This document shows, piece by piece, positions 8,090-15,910 of a stretch of 40,257 nucleotides of DNA. The translations under genes were made by a program, and so were the position numbers. How positions within the stretch are numbered: position 1 is the first letter of the stretch; each line of letters starts with the position of its first letter. The stretch is taken from the NCBI GenBank assembly GCA_038824715.1, contig JAWBPP010000002.1, positions 1-40,257 of the forward strand. The letters run 5' to 3'. Source of the stretch: Candidatus Anstonellaceae archaeon (GTDB taxonomy: Archaea; Micrarchaeota; Micrarchaeia; Anstonellales; Anstonellaceae). The notes beneath the pieces are model-generated. The model saw nothing but the letters and a program-made list of their open reading frames with translations, ran no database searches and was not told where the DNA came from.

Positions 8090-9196
8090 TCACGCAAATT
8101 TCTTCCCTTCTTTTACGATGTTCTCAAAAAAGCGCAGGCTGTTTTTCTCGTGCGAAACCCCGGCAGTCCAGCGTGGGAAAGTGAATTTGCGGACAGAACA
8201 TTCAGGATGAGGCATGAGCGCGAATATTTTCCCAGTGGAATCGCATATTCCTGCTATCCCGTTTGAGGCACCGTTTGGGTTGAGGGGATACGGAACATTG
8301 TCAGATAGTTTTTCATCCGAGTATTTGAGCACGACCAGCCCTCTTTTCTCAAGCTCGCGCAATGTTGCATCGTCCTTTGCGACAAACCGCCCTTCGCCGT
8401 GCCTTACAGGGCAGTGGATGAACGGGACGCCTTCCAAGTATTTGCACACCGATTTTTGAGGCTTGAGATATACCCACCTGTCCTCGAATTTTCCGCTTGC
8501 ATTGTGCTCAAGAGTTGCCTCCTGCTGGAAGGAAAGCCCGATGTTTGGAAGCGCGCCGAATTTTGCCAGGACTTGGAAGCCGTTGCAAATCCCTATCACC
8601 GGCTTTCCCGAGGAAACGAATGCCTCAAATTGCGACCTGAAGGAAGATTTGAGCTTGTTGGCAAGCACTTTGCCGCTTGCAATATCGTCTCCAAACGCCC
8701 AGCCGCCAGGTATTGCGAATATCTGGTAATCCTCAAGCTTCTCTTTGCCTGATGAAATGTCCGAGAAATGCACTATGGAGGCGTCTGCGCCTGCGAGGGT
8801 GAATGCGTGAGCCAGCTCTGCTTCGGAATTCAGCCCGAAGCCGGAAAGCACGAGCACTTTGGGCTTTCGCTCTCCTGCCTGCGCGCTTGGCGTTGCCTTG
8901 TATGGAGTTTTTGTTTTCATTTGAACGACCTGGGCTGCTGCGAATTGTTTTTTCATCTTTGCTCTCGCAACCGGTTTTTTCAATGGAAACGGTTTGCGTT
9001 TTTTCATTTTTGTTTTCGTCTGTTTTTTCTGCGCCATTCGTTTTGATTTTGCCATGTTCGTTTTCTGAATCGGCTTTTTCTTCGATTCGGCGTTCGTCTG
9101 TTTTTTCTGCGCGGCGTGCTTCGCCTTTTTTTCCGTTGGCTTCGTCTGGGCCTTTTGCTTCATTTTCCGTTTCATTGCTTTGTTCCTCTTTTTCAT
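8090..9196 (-). CDS. purQ: FGAM synthase glutaminase subunit PurQ with a ~100-aa lysine-rich N-terminal extension
   Basis: The GATase core runs from about residue 112 (KVLVLSGFGLNSE..., nucleophile GICNGFQVL, LMPHPE). Residues 1-100 are K-rich and low-complexity. Confidence 0.85.
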   Translation of the reverse strand: MKKRNKAMKRKMKQKAQTKPTEKKAKHAAQKKQTNAESKKKPIQKTNMAKSKRMAQKKQTKTKMKKRKPFPLKKPVARAKMKKQFAAAQVVQMKTKTPYKATPSAQAGERKPKVLVLSGFGLNSEAELAHAFTLAGADASIVHFSDISSGKEKLEDYQIFAIPGGWAFGDDIASGKVLANKLKSSFRSQFEAFVSSGKPVIGICNGFQVLAKFGALPNIGLSFQQEATLEHNASGKFEDRWVYLKPQKSVCKYLEGVPFIHCPVRHGEGRFVAKDDATLRELEKRGLVVLKYSDEKLSDNVPYPLNPNGASNGIAGICDSTGKIFALMPHPECSVRKFTFPRWTAGVSHEKNSLRFFENIVKEGKKFA

Positions 9197-9261
9197 CTCA
9201 ACCGCCGATGTTCGGCTTCCAGAATCTCGCGTTCTTGTTGAATCTTGCTTTAGCTATCCAA

Positions 9262-12200
9262 TCACCAATCCATTGTCTTTTTCCAAGCCTCGCGCAGTTT
9301 TGAGACAGGGCAAACTATTTTTTCCCCGTCAGCAAGCGAGACCTCGAAGCTTCCGCCTGCGGAAACTTCCCCAATCCGCTCGCACTTCGCGCCGCGCATT
9401 GCCAGCCTGAATTTCTGCTCGTCCTTTTTCTTCACCGAAACCACAAACCGTCCGGAAGACTCGGAGAAGAGGACTTGCCTCGCAGTAAGGCTGGGCGCGG
9501 ACGCCGCGCCTTTCTTTGCAGTTTTGCCTGCCGAGCCACTCTGCGCATAGAAAGACAAGTCAATTTTTGCGCCCACCGCGCCTCCAATGCAGCATTCGGC
9601 AAGCGCAACCCCAAGCCCGCCGTCAGAGCAGTCGTGGCACGATGCAACGAGCCGTTTCCTTATTGCCGCCTCAATCTTCCTGTAAAGCGCGAAATTCTTC
9701 CGGAAATCCACTTTCGGGACATTTGCCCCGACAAAGCCTTTCATTGCATAATACTCCGAAGCCCCAAGCTCGTTTTTCGTCTCGCCGAGAACGTAGATTG
9801 CGTCGCCCGAATCCTTGAAGTCCGATGTGACTGCAAGCGAAATGTCGTCTATCCTTCCGATTGCCGTGATAAGAAGCGTTGGCGGGACCGAAATCCTCCA
9901 CTTGCCGTGCCTGTAGTCGTTTTTCATGGAGTCCTTTCCAGAAATAAGAGGGATTTCATAAGCAAGGCAGATGTCATGCAAGCCCTGGCACGACTGCACG
10001 AGCTGCGCGAGCTTGTGCTTTCCGTCTGGATTGTCAGGAGAGTGGATGGGGTCTGACCAGCAGAAGTTGTCAAGGGCAGCCAATCTAGCAAGCGAGCCGC
10101 CTGTTGCAACATAGTTCCGCACCGCCTCGTCAACTGCGTTTGCAGCCATCTGGTAGGCGTCAATGTCCGAGTAGCGCGGGCAGAGCCCGTTTGAAATTAC
10201 CAGGCCTTCGTTCCTGTCAAGCAATGGCGCGACAACCGCAGCATCGGACGGCCCTTCTGCAGCAGCGCCGCACAGGGGCTTTACAACAGAGCCCCCCTGC
10301 ACCTCGTGGTCGTATTGCCTTATCACCCATTCCTTGGAGCAGATGTTCGGGCGCGAAAGGAGCGCGAGCAGGTCGCCTGCAAGGTTCCCTTCTTCTTTTT
10401 CCAAATTCGGCTCGGAGAGTTTCGCCTCCTTAAGCTCTGCTTCAAGCTCAAGCTGCGGCACGCCCTTGTGCAGGAATTCCATATCCAGGTAAGCGACTGT
10501 CTTTGCGCCGTATTTCACGTGAAGAAAGCCGCTTTGCGTGAATTCCCCCAAGTCCCAGACATCCACATTGCGAAGAAGGGCAAGCTGCACAAACGCGCCT
10601 GCCTTGGAAGGCGGAACGGCAACGCTCATGCGCTCCTGCGACTCGGAAACGAGGATTTCCCAGGGGTCAAGCCCGGGATACTTCAGAGGCGCGCGGTCAA
10701 GGTGCAATATTGCGCCGCCTGCGGATTGCGCCATTTCGCCAATTGAGGAGGATAGCCCGCCTGCGCCGTTGTCCGTTATTGAATTGCAAAGCCCCAAGTC
10801 GCGGGCCTCGAGCAAAAAGTCGCTCATTTTCTTTTGCGTGTATGGGTCGCCGAGCTGCACTGCAGAAACAGGCGAGCCCTCGTGCAGTTCCACCGAAGAG
10901 AATGTGGCGCCGTGTATGCCATCCTTGCCAATCCTGCCCCCCACCATGAAAATCCTGTCGCCAGGGATTGCGCGCTTCTCGTGCGTTTTCCTTCCGTTTA
11001 TTTCAGATGGCATCAAGCCGCCCGTGCCGCAATAGACAAGAGGCTTGCCAAGATAGCGGTTGTCAAAGACAATTGCCCCGTTCACTGTGGGAATCCCGCT
11101 TGCGTTCCCGCCTGCAGCAACGCCTGCGCGCACGCCCTCAAGCACTCGGCGCGGGTGGAAAATCCTCGGCGGGATTTCGCCCCGGTAAAACGGATCGGCA
11201 AAACAGAACACGTCGGTGTTGAAGATTGGCTTTGCACCAAGGCCGCAACCCAGTATGTCGCGGTTGACGCCCACGATGCCGGTGATTGCGCCTCCGAACG
11301 GGTCAAGCGCTGAAGGCGAATTGTGCGTCTCCACTTTCATTGCCGCATTCCAGCCGGGCACGAACTCAAATATTCCTGCGTTGTCCGAGAAGACCGACAC
11401 GAGCCATTTCTTTTTCCGCATGAGCTTTTCAGTGGTGCCCTTTATGTAGAGCCTGAAGACGGAATCGATGCGCCGCTTTTTCTTCCCCTCCTTGACAAGC
11501 ACTTTTGCGTTGAATATCTTGTGCTTGCAGTGCTCTGACCAAGTTTGCGCGATGCACTCAAGCTCAACATCTGTCGGCACGAGCGGCAGCCCCATACGCC
11601 TCCGTTCAGAAATGACGTCCGGATCGGAATAGTATCTCTTTATCGCCTTCATTTCTGCGAGCGAAAGCGCGAGCACGTTCTGCTTGGAAAGCTCCAAAAG
11701 CTCCTTGTCAGGGACGTCGAGGTTGATTTCTTTCACCAGCCCCCCGCCGGCTATGTCAACTTTCGGAACAGCAATTGCAAAACCTGCCGCGCCAAACTCC
11801 TGTGCTGATTTCACCTCGAATTTTTCAATCAGCTCGTTTGCCAGCAATTCCCTTGCTATCCGTTCGGCGTCCGCCTTTTTTATCTTGCCCGAAATCAGGT
11901 ATTGCTTTGAAGTATAAACTGCGCCTGAAAGCTTTTTTCCGAACAGATCCTCCATTGCCTCCTTGGAGGTTGCGCCCACGTTGTCGCGCACTCCCGGGCG
12001 AAGGGAAACCGAAATTGCAAATGAGAATTTTGCTGCAGGTATAAGAGGCACGTTCACCGAGAAGACCTGCGTGATTGGGTCTGAGAAAAGCTCCGCGCCA
12101 GCCTGCTGAAGCTCAAAATCGGCAAGCTCGCAGTCTATCGTATAGCAGGAAAGCACGCGCACAGATGAGATGCCCTTTATTCCGAGAAAAGAAGCGGCCT

Positions 12201-12270
12201 TTTTTTGCAGGGAGTCGCCAGACGGGTCAAGAAGACCGGGCTTGTAGCCTACTTCTATCCTGCTAGCCAT
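9262..12270 (-). CDS. purL: FGAM synthase PurL fused to two N-terminal PurS-like modules
   Basis: The 1002-aa product has PurL motifs WSEHCKHKIF, VETHNSPSALDPFGGA and DNGAGGLSS. The first ~170 aa contain two PurS-like repeats (IEVGYKPGLLDPSGDS... and ISVSLRPGVRDNVG...ELLANELIEKFEV). Confidence 0.9.
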   Translation of the reverse strand: MASRIEVGYKPGLLDPSGDSLQKKAASFLGIKGISSVRVLSCYTIDCELADFELQQAGAELFSDPITQVFSVNVPLIPAAKFSFAISVSLRPGVRDNVGATSKEAMEDLFGKKLSGAVYTSKQYLISGKIKKADAERIARELLANELIEKFEVKSAQEFGAAGFAIAVPKVDIAGGGLVKEINLDVPDKELLELSKQNVLALSLAEMKAIKRYYSDPDVISERRRMGLPLVPTDVELECIAQTWSEHCKHKIFNAKVLVKEGKKKRRIDSVFRLYIKGTTEKLMRKKKWLVSVFSDNAGIFEFVPGWNAAMKVETHNSPSALDPFGGAITGIVGVNRDILGCGLGAKPIFNTDVFCFADPFYRGEIPPRIFHPRRVLEGVRAGVAAGGNASGIPTVNGAIVFDNRYLGKPLVYCGTGGLMPSEINGRKTHEKRAIPGDRIFMVGGRIGKDGIHGATFSSVELHEGSPVSAVQLGDPYTQKKMSDFLLEARDLGLCNSITDNGAGGLSSSIGEMAQSAGGAILHLDRAPLKYPGLDPWEILVSESQERMSVAVPPSKAGAFVQLALLRNVDVWDLGEFTQSGFLHVKYGAKTVAYLDMEFLHKGVPQLELEAELKEAKLSEPNLEKEEGNLAGDLLALLSRPNICSKEWVIRQYDHEVQGGSVVKPLCGAAAEGPSDAAVVAPLLDRNEGLVISNGLCPRYSDIDAYQMAANAVDEAVRNYVATGGSLARLAALDNFCWSDPIHSPDNPDGKHKLAQLVQSCQGLHDICLAYEIPLISGKDSMKNDYRHGKWRISVPPTLLITAIGRIDDISLAVTSDFKDSGDAIYVLGETKNELGASEYYAMKGFVGANVPKVDFRKNFALYRKIEAAIRKRLVASCHDCSDGGLGVALAECCIGGAVGAKIDLSFYAQSGSAGKTAKKGAASAPSLTARQVLFSESSGRFVVSVKKKDEQKFRLAMRGAKCERIGEVSAGGSFEVSLADGEKIVCPVSKLREAWKKTMDW

Positions 12271-12305
12271 GATGCCACTCCCACGAGGTAAAGGCTCGCA
12301 GAGGG

Positions 12306-12312
12306 TTTAAAA
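12306..12312 (-). promoter_or_regulatory. TATA-like box upstream of purL
   Basis: The minus strand reads TTTTAAA, centred about 39 nt upstream of ATG 12270. Confidence 0.25.
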
Positions 12313-12424
12313 GCTCTTCGAGAAAAAGCGTAGCCTGCAAAGGCAAATCGTGGCAGAAATTGGCTTTGGACCTGCGCGTGATTTTAAAACAGAGCGCGAA
12401 ATAGCCGAACCGGCTTTTTTTATT

Positions 12425-12497
12425 GGGGGAATGGGCCAACCTGGTATGCTTCCAGCTTTGGGAGCTGGAGATCTGAGTTCAAATCTCAGTTCCCCCA
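12425..12497 (+). tRNA. tRNA-Pro: tRNA-Pro (anticodon UGG)
   Basis: Hand-folded cloverleaf. Acceptor stem GGGGGAA/TTCCCCC is a perfect 7 bp. Anticodon arm is CCAGC-TTTGGGA-GCTGG (TGG at 12459-12461, G37). T arm is CTGAG-TTCAAAT-CTCAG. Discriminator is A and no CCA is encoded. Confidence 0.85.
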
Positions 12498-12501
12498 TCT
12501 G

Positions 12502-12513
12502 TTTTTCTTGTTT
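12502..12513 (+). terminator. T-rich tract after tRNA-Pro
   Basis: TTTTTCTTGTTT lies immediately 3' of the tRNA, which matches archaeal oligo-T termination. Confidence 0.35.
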
Positions 12514-12868
12514 AGCAGCCATCCAGAGTTGCGATGCTGCCTTCGTTGAGAAGTTTTGTGGAAAGAATGCCAGAAGACACTGGCCGTGGTTTGGACAGAC
12601 TGATTGGAGCCGGTTGTTTCCACCAGCACTGGCCATCGCTTGGAGGCTCTGGAGAGTGCGTGTCGCGCAACTGCGCAGCTAGTTTCATTGTGCCAGGCCG
12701 CATAGAGCCAAGGACAGAATTGTCAGGGCGAATATTCCAGAAACACTTCCCAGTAAGCCCATCGCCAACATGAAGCACTCTTGATTTCAGACCTTGGTTC
12801 ATCGATACACCTCAGATGGAATTTGCCACAATCGGCTGGCAACTGCTTTTATTGCTTCGTCACGTTTC

Positions 12869-12885
12869 TTCGGCAATTGCAGAAG
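12869..12885. repeat. 17-nt direct repeat, copy 1 (TTCGGCAATTGCAGAAG)
   Basis: Exact match to 13249-13265. It contains the palindrome CAATTG. Confidence 0.8.
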
Positions 12886-12888
12886 CCC

Positions 12889-13185
12889 CTACCGCAGCAT
12901 TCTGGCGCGCTGAGGAAGGATTAAGTTTACAGGAGAATGCGGCTGGCTGTGCTTTTGGCGAACGTTGGGAAAGAATCCGCGGGTGTTTTCTGCCCAGACC
13001 GTAGAAAAGTTATCGCACACGCCGATATTTGGCGTTTGCGGAATTGAGATACGCGGCAGGATACCTTTTAGGTCTGGATTGTCCATTCGCGCAAGAGTAT
13101 CGTGAATGATGCTTTCCGTGAGGACCTTGTTGGTTTTGTCGAATTTTCCAGCCATGGCAATCGCCTCTTGGTGATTTTGCGCCAT
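12889..13185 (-). CDS. Hypothetical 98-aa ORF (doubtful, possibly a gene remnant)
   Basis: Only the N-terminal ~65 aa look protein-like (MAGKFDKTNKVLTESIIHDTLARMDNPDLKGILPRISIPQTPNIGVCDNFSTVWAENTRGFF). No family was recognised. It lies between the two copies of the 17-nt direct repeat. Confidence 0.25.
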   Translation of the reverse strand: MAQNHQEAIAMAGKFDKTNKVLTESIIHDTLARMDNPDLKGILPRISIPQTPNIGVCDNFSTVWAENTRGFFPNVRQKHSQPHSPVNLILPQRARMLR

Positions 13186-13248
13186 TTCCCCAAGCAGACC
13201 TTTTAAGCGTTTCTCGCAAATGTTCGACGTTCAAAGAAGACTTTTTTG

Positions 13249-13265
13249 TTCGGCAATTGCAGAAG
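13249..13265. repeat. 17-nt direct repeat, copy 2 (TTCGGCAATTGCAGAAG)
   Basis: Exact match to 12869-12885. It ends 16 nt upstream of the dus-like ATG. Confidence 0.8.
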
Positions 13266-13280
13266 TTTTGGTGCATCTGT

Positions 13281-14249
13281 ATGAAATACGGCAACACCGA
13301 ATTGGATGGAAAATTCGTCCTTGGGCCTATGGCAGCCTATACAGACATTGCGTTCCGCATTCTTTGCAGGAAGCGCGGGGCAGCCATGTGCTTCACAGAG
13401 TTTTCCAATGCCAATGCAATCGTGCGCGGAGTGCCGGTGAGCTGGAAACTGATGCGCACCTGCAGGGAAGAGATGCCTGTTGGCATACAGATATTCGGCT
13501 CGGATTCGAAAATAATAGCCGAGGCTGCGAGAATGATAAGCGAAAAGGCCGCTTCCGGCGAAATGTTTGCCTCGTGCATTGACCTGAATTTTGGCTGCCC
13601 TTCAGGAACTGTTATTCGGGCTGGAGCTGGCTCTGCGCTGCTCAAAAAGCCGGAGAAGGTGGCTGAAATAGTTGAGGCGACCGTTGCAGCATCATCAATC
13701 CCAGTAACTGCAAAAATACGCGCAGGCTGGTCATCTGACAATGCAGTTGCAATTGCGAAAGTGATTGAAAAGGCTGGCGCATCCGGGATAACTGTCCATT
13801 GGAGGACTGCTACTGAGGGGCGGAAAAGGACGAGCGGCTGGTCTGTTGTTGGAGAAGTAAAACGGGCGCTCGGGATTTCGGTTATTGGGAACGGAGGGGC
13901 ATCCTCGCCTGAGAGGGCTGTGCAGCTCCTGCGCGAAACTGGCTGCGATGCGGTGATGATTTCTTCTGCTGCGCTTGGCAATCCTGGGATTTTTGAAAGG
14001 GCAAGCAGATTGCTGCAAGGGAAGATGGTATCGCAGGCAACCTGGGACGAAAAACTTTCTGATTTCCGAGAATACGCTGCGCTTGCGGAAAAATTCGGCA
14101 TTCTTGCCCCCAAACCATTGCGCGCGCATGCAATTGAATTCCTCACCGGCTTTAGCGGAGTGAAGAAAGCAAGAGGGGAACTGAATCAAGCGAAGACTGT
14201 GGAGGAGATAATGCAGGTGATGGAGGACTTTTCGCCTTCTGAAAACTAG
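13281..14249 (+). CDS. tRNA-dihydrouridine synthase (Dus family, FMN TIM barrel)
   Basis: MKYGNTELDGKFVLGPMAAYTDIAFRILCRKRGAAMCFTEF..., IQIFGSD, IDLNFGCPS, VTAKIR, ITVHWRT. ATG 13281 is preferred over the track's TTG 13257 (GGTG lies 8 nt upstream). Confidence 0.85.
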   Translation: MKYGNTELDGKFVLGPMAAYTDIAFRILCRKRGAAMCFTEFSNANAIVRGVPVSWKLMRTCREEMPVGIQIFGSDSKIIAEAARMISEKAASGEMFASCIDLNFGCPSGTVIRAGAGSALLKKPEKVAEIVEATVAASSIPVTAKIRAGWSSDNAVAIAKVIEKAGASGITVHWRTATEGRKRTSGWSVVGEVKRALGISVIGNGGASSPERAVQLLRETGCDAVMISSAALGNPGIFERASRLLQGKMVSQATWDEKLSDFREYAALAEKFGILAPKPLRAHAIEFLTGFSGVKKARGELNQAKTVEEIMQVMEDFSPSEN

Positions 14250-14556
14250 CGCAGGCTCCTTTTGAATTCCGGCGTTTCTCCGAAGTGGCAATTCCTGCAC
14301 ATTGGGAAGATGACTGCTGTTGCCTTGCTGTGCCACCATGGGCCCGATTTTGTGGGGTTTGCACATTGCATTTGCGAAACTTTCCTGGCAACCGGCTTGT
14401 TTGGCATGCGCGCCTCCCGGAGAGGGAGGATGTAAGGGCAAGCGTAAGAGCAGCGATGCGGATGAATTGCTTGCGCTTTTGAGCAGGGTATGCGTAAGGG
14501 GGCATTTTGAGGCCGTTTATCATGCGCCTTGCAAAGTGTTGCAGAGATGATAAAGG

Positions 14557-15099
14557 CTATTCTAGCTCCTCTGACAGAAAGACGTAGTTTGCCTTCTCGA
14601 ATTTTTCGTATAAGCGCTTCTTGTTCACTGATTCGAACGGCTCGTCTATGACTTTCCCGATTCCTGTGAACATCCCGTACCAGCCCGCAGGCACAAGCAT
14701 GACCGATAGAAGATGGTATTCGACAGATTCCCCAAGAAAGCCAAAAGCCAAAGCATCCCCAATAAGGACGACTGCCCCTATGAGCACATAGAGGTAGCCG
14801 CGCGTGCGCGTGTGCTTTATTGCCTCTGCCTCATGCTTGACCATGAAGGCGAAGTGCTCGCGCAGCCTGCGCTTTATGAGCGCCTCCGCTTTCGTGTCCC
14901 TCTCGGTCGAGGGGATGGTGAAGTGCACCTCGAACCTGCCGCGCTTGTCCTCCATGTAGCGGCGCTGTATTTCCTTCAAAAAGTCATCAGATAATTCGCG
15001 CTCGTTGTAGGGCCGCGGGTCAAAGTCTGAAAAGATGTCGTCGTAAACGTCGAGTTGTATAGTAATTTCGCGGAGCGACTGTGCAGGCTCTTCTGCCAT
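14557..15099 (-). CDS. Hypothetical membrane protein (two predicted TM helices)
   Basis: The 180-aa product has a charged N-terminal half followed by YLYVLIGAVVLIGDALAFGF and LLSVMLVPAGWYGMFTGIG. No family was recognised. Confidence 0.55.
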   Translation of the reverse strand: MAEEPAQSLREITIQLDVYDDIFSDFDPRPYNERELSDDFLKEIQRRYMEDKRGRFEVHFTIPSTERDTKAEALIKRRLREHFAFMVKHEAEAIKHTRTRGYLYVLIGAVVLIGDALAFGFLGESVEYHLLSVMLVPAGWYGMFTGIGKVIDEPFESVNKKRLYEKFEKANYVFLSEELE

Positions 15100-15145
15100 G
15101 GAAAGCGATTCGCGGGCAAGCTAAATAAAATATCGCATCCAGTAT

Positions 15146-15850
15146 TTGCCCATGAAATTTGAGCCGTTTGTATTGAAGAGCATTGCCAACGAATCCCAGG
15201 AAGTGCGCACATTCAGGTTCGCCAGGCCAGATGGAAGCACCCCTGCTTACCAGCCCGGGCATTTCTTCCTGCTCCGCCTCCCTGATGAAAACGGCAAGCT
15301 TGTGCAGCGCTCCTATTCAGCTGCTTCGCACCCGTCAGAGCCATTGCTTTCCTTTTGCATAAAGCTCAAAGGAACATTCACGCATTTGCTTTGGAAACTG
15401 AAGGAAGGCGACACAGTGGATGTGGACGGGCCTTACGGCGTTTTCCTTCTCCGCGCAGACGACACCGAGAGGATATTTGTAGGCGGAGGCGTGGGCGTTT
15501 CCGCGCTTAGGAGCCACCTAATCCAGACAATAAAGGAGGGCAAGCGCTGCTTCTTGTTCCATTCGGCAAAAACATTCGAGAACCTAACTTACTACACTGA
15601 GCTGAAGAATCTGGCCGAACAGACACCGGCTTTCACATTCATCCCGTCCATAACAGGCGAGGTCAAGCCCGAGAGATGGGGCGGCGGGGTGCAGAGAATA
15701 AGCGTCGAGATGATAAAGAACCTTACAGGGGGCGTTTCAGGGAAGACTTTCTATCTTTGCGGGAGCAAGGAGATGGTTGCGGAGCTTGCGAATGCGCTTA
15801 TGGCTGAAGGGGTGCCCAAAGAGCTGATACTGAAGGATGACTGGGCTTGA
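15146..15850 (+). CDS. FNR-like FAD/NAD(P)-binding oxidoreductase
   Basis: RSYSAAS (the R-x-Y-S FAD motif), GGGVGVS (the NAD(P) motif) and a C-terminal YLCGSKEM. The 234-aa size fits a two-domain FNR fold. Confidence 0.8.
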   Translation: MPMKFEPFVLKSIANESQEVRTFRFARPDGSTPAYQPGHFFLLRLPDENGKLVQRSYSAASHPSEPLLSFCIKLKGTFTHLLWKLKEGDTVDVDGPYGVFLLRADDTERIFVGGGVGVSALRSHLIQTIKEGKRCFLFHSAKTFENLTYYTELKNLAEQTPAFTFIPSITGEVKPERWGGGVQRISVEMIKNLTGGVSGKTFYLCGSKEMVAELANALMAEGVPKELILKDDWA

Positions 15851-15857
15851 AAAAGTT

Positions 15858-15881
15858 TCAACTAGGCTTCTTCCTGACCAG
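15858..15881 (-). repeat. Relic copy of the last 7 codons plus stop of the adjacent GNAT gene
   Basis: The minus strand reads CTGGTCAGGAAGAAGCCTAGTTGA, which translates LVRKKPS*. The real gene end at 15911-15934 reads TTGGTAAGGAAGAAGCCGAGCTGA and also translates LVRKKPS*. The two are 20/24 nt identical and all differences are synonymous. Confidence 0.6.
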
Positions 15882-15910
15882 AATCGACAATTGCTTTGTC
15901 TATTCGCTTT

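Noticed and set aside
7557-8210. 217-aa plus-strand ORF spanning pstS and the purQ end. Similar long shadows occur at 6183-6920 and 36849-37589.
   Set aside because: They are antisense to well-supported pstS/pstC/hddA frames and show no motifs.
8867-9196. Possible CRISPR-like or other repeat array suggested by recurring T/G-rich strings.
   Set aside because: Only one 20-nt repeat pair is present, and it lies inside an open reading frame encoding K-rich low-complexity sequence. No regular repeat-spacer structure occurs anywhere in the window.
9432-12266. Numerous 60-190-aa ORFs on both strands inside purL (for example 9475-10056 +, 10538-11035 +, 10834-11313 +).
   Set aside because: All are embedded in or antisense to a strongly recognisable 1002-aa PurL frame. 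Their R/P/A/S-rich compositions are typical of off-frame translation of GC-rich DNA.
12498-13280. RNase P RNA or SRP RNA hidden in the gene-poor stretch next to tRNA-Pro.
   Set aside because: I could not find the conserved CR-I/CR-V-type strings or SRP helix-8 features by eye. This cannot be excluded without a covariance-model scan, so the region is reported only as unexplained.
13337-14441. 269-aa and 236-aa minus-strand ORFs.
   Set aside because: They are antisense or off-frame to the Dus-like gene. Their composition is low-complexity and S/A/P/R-rich.
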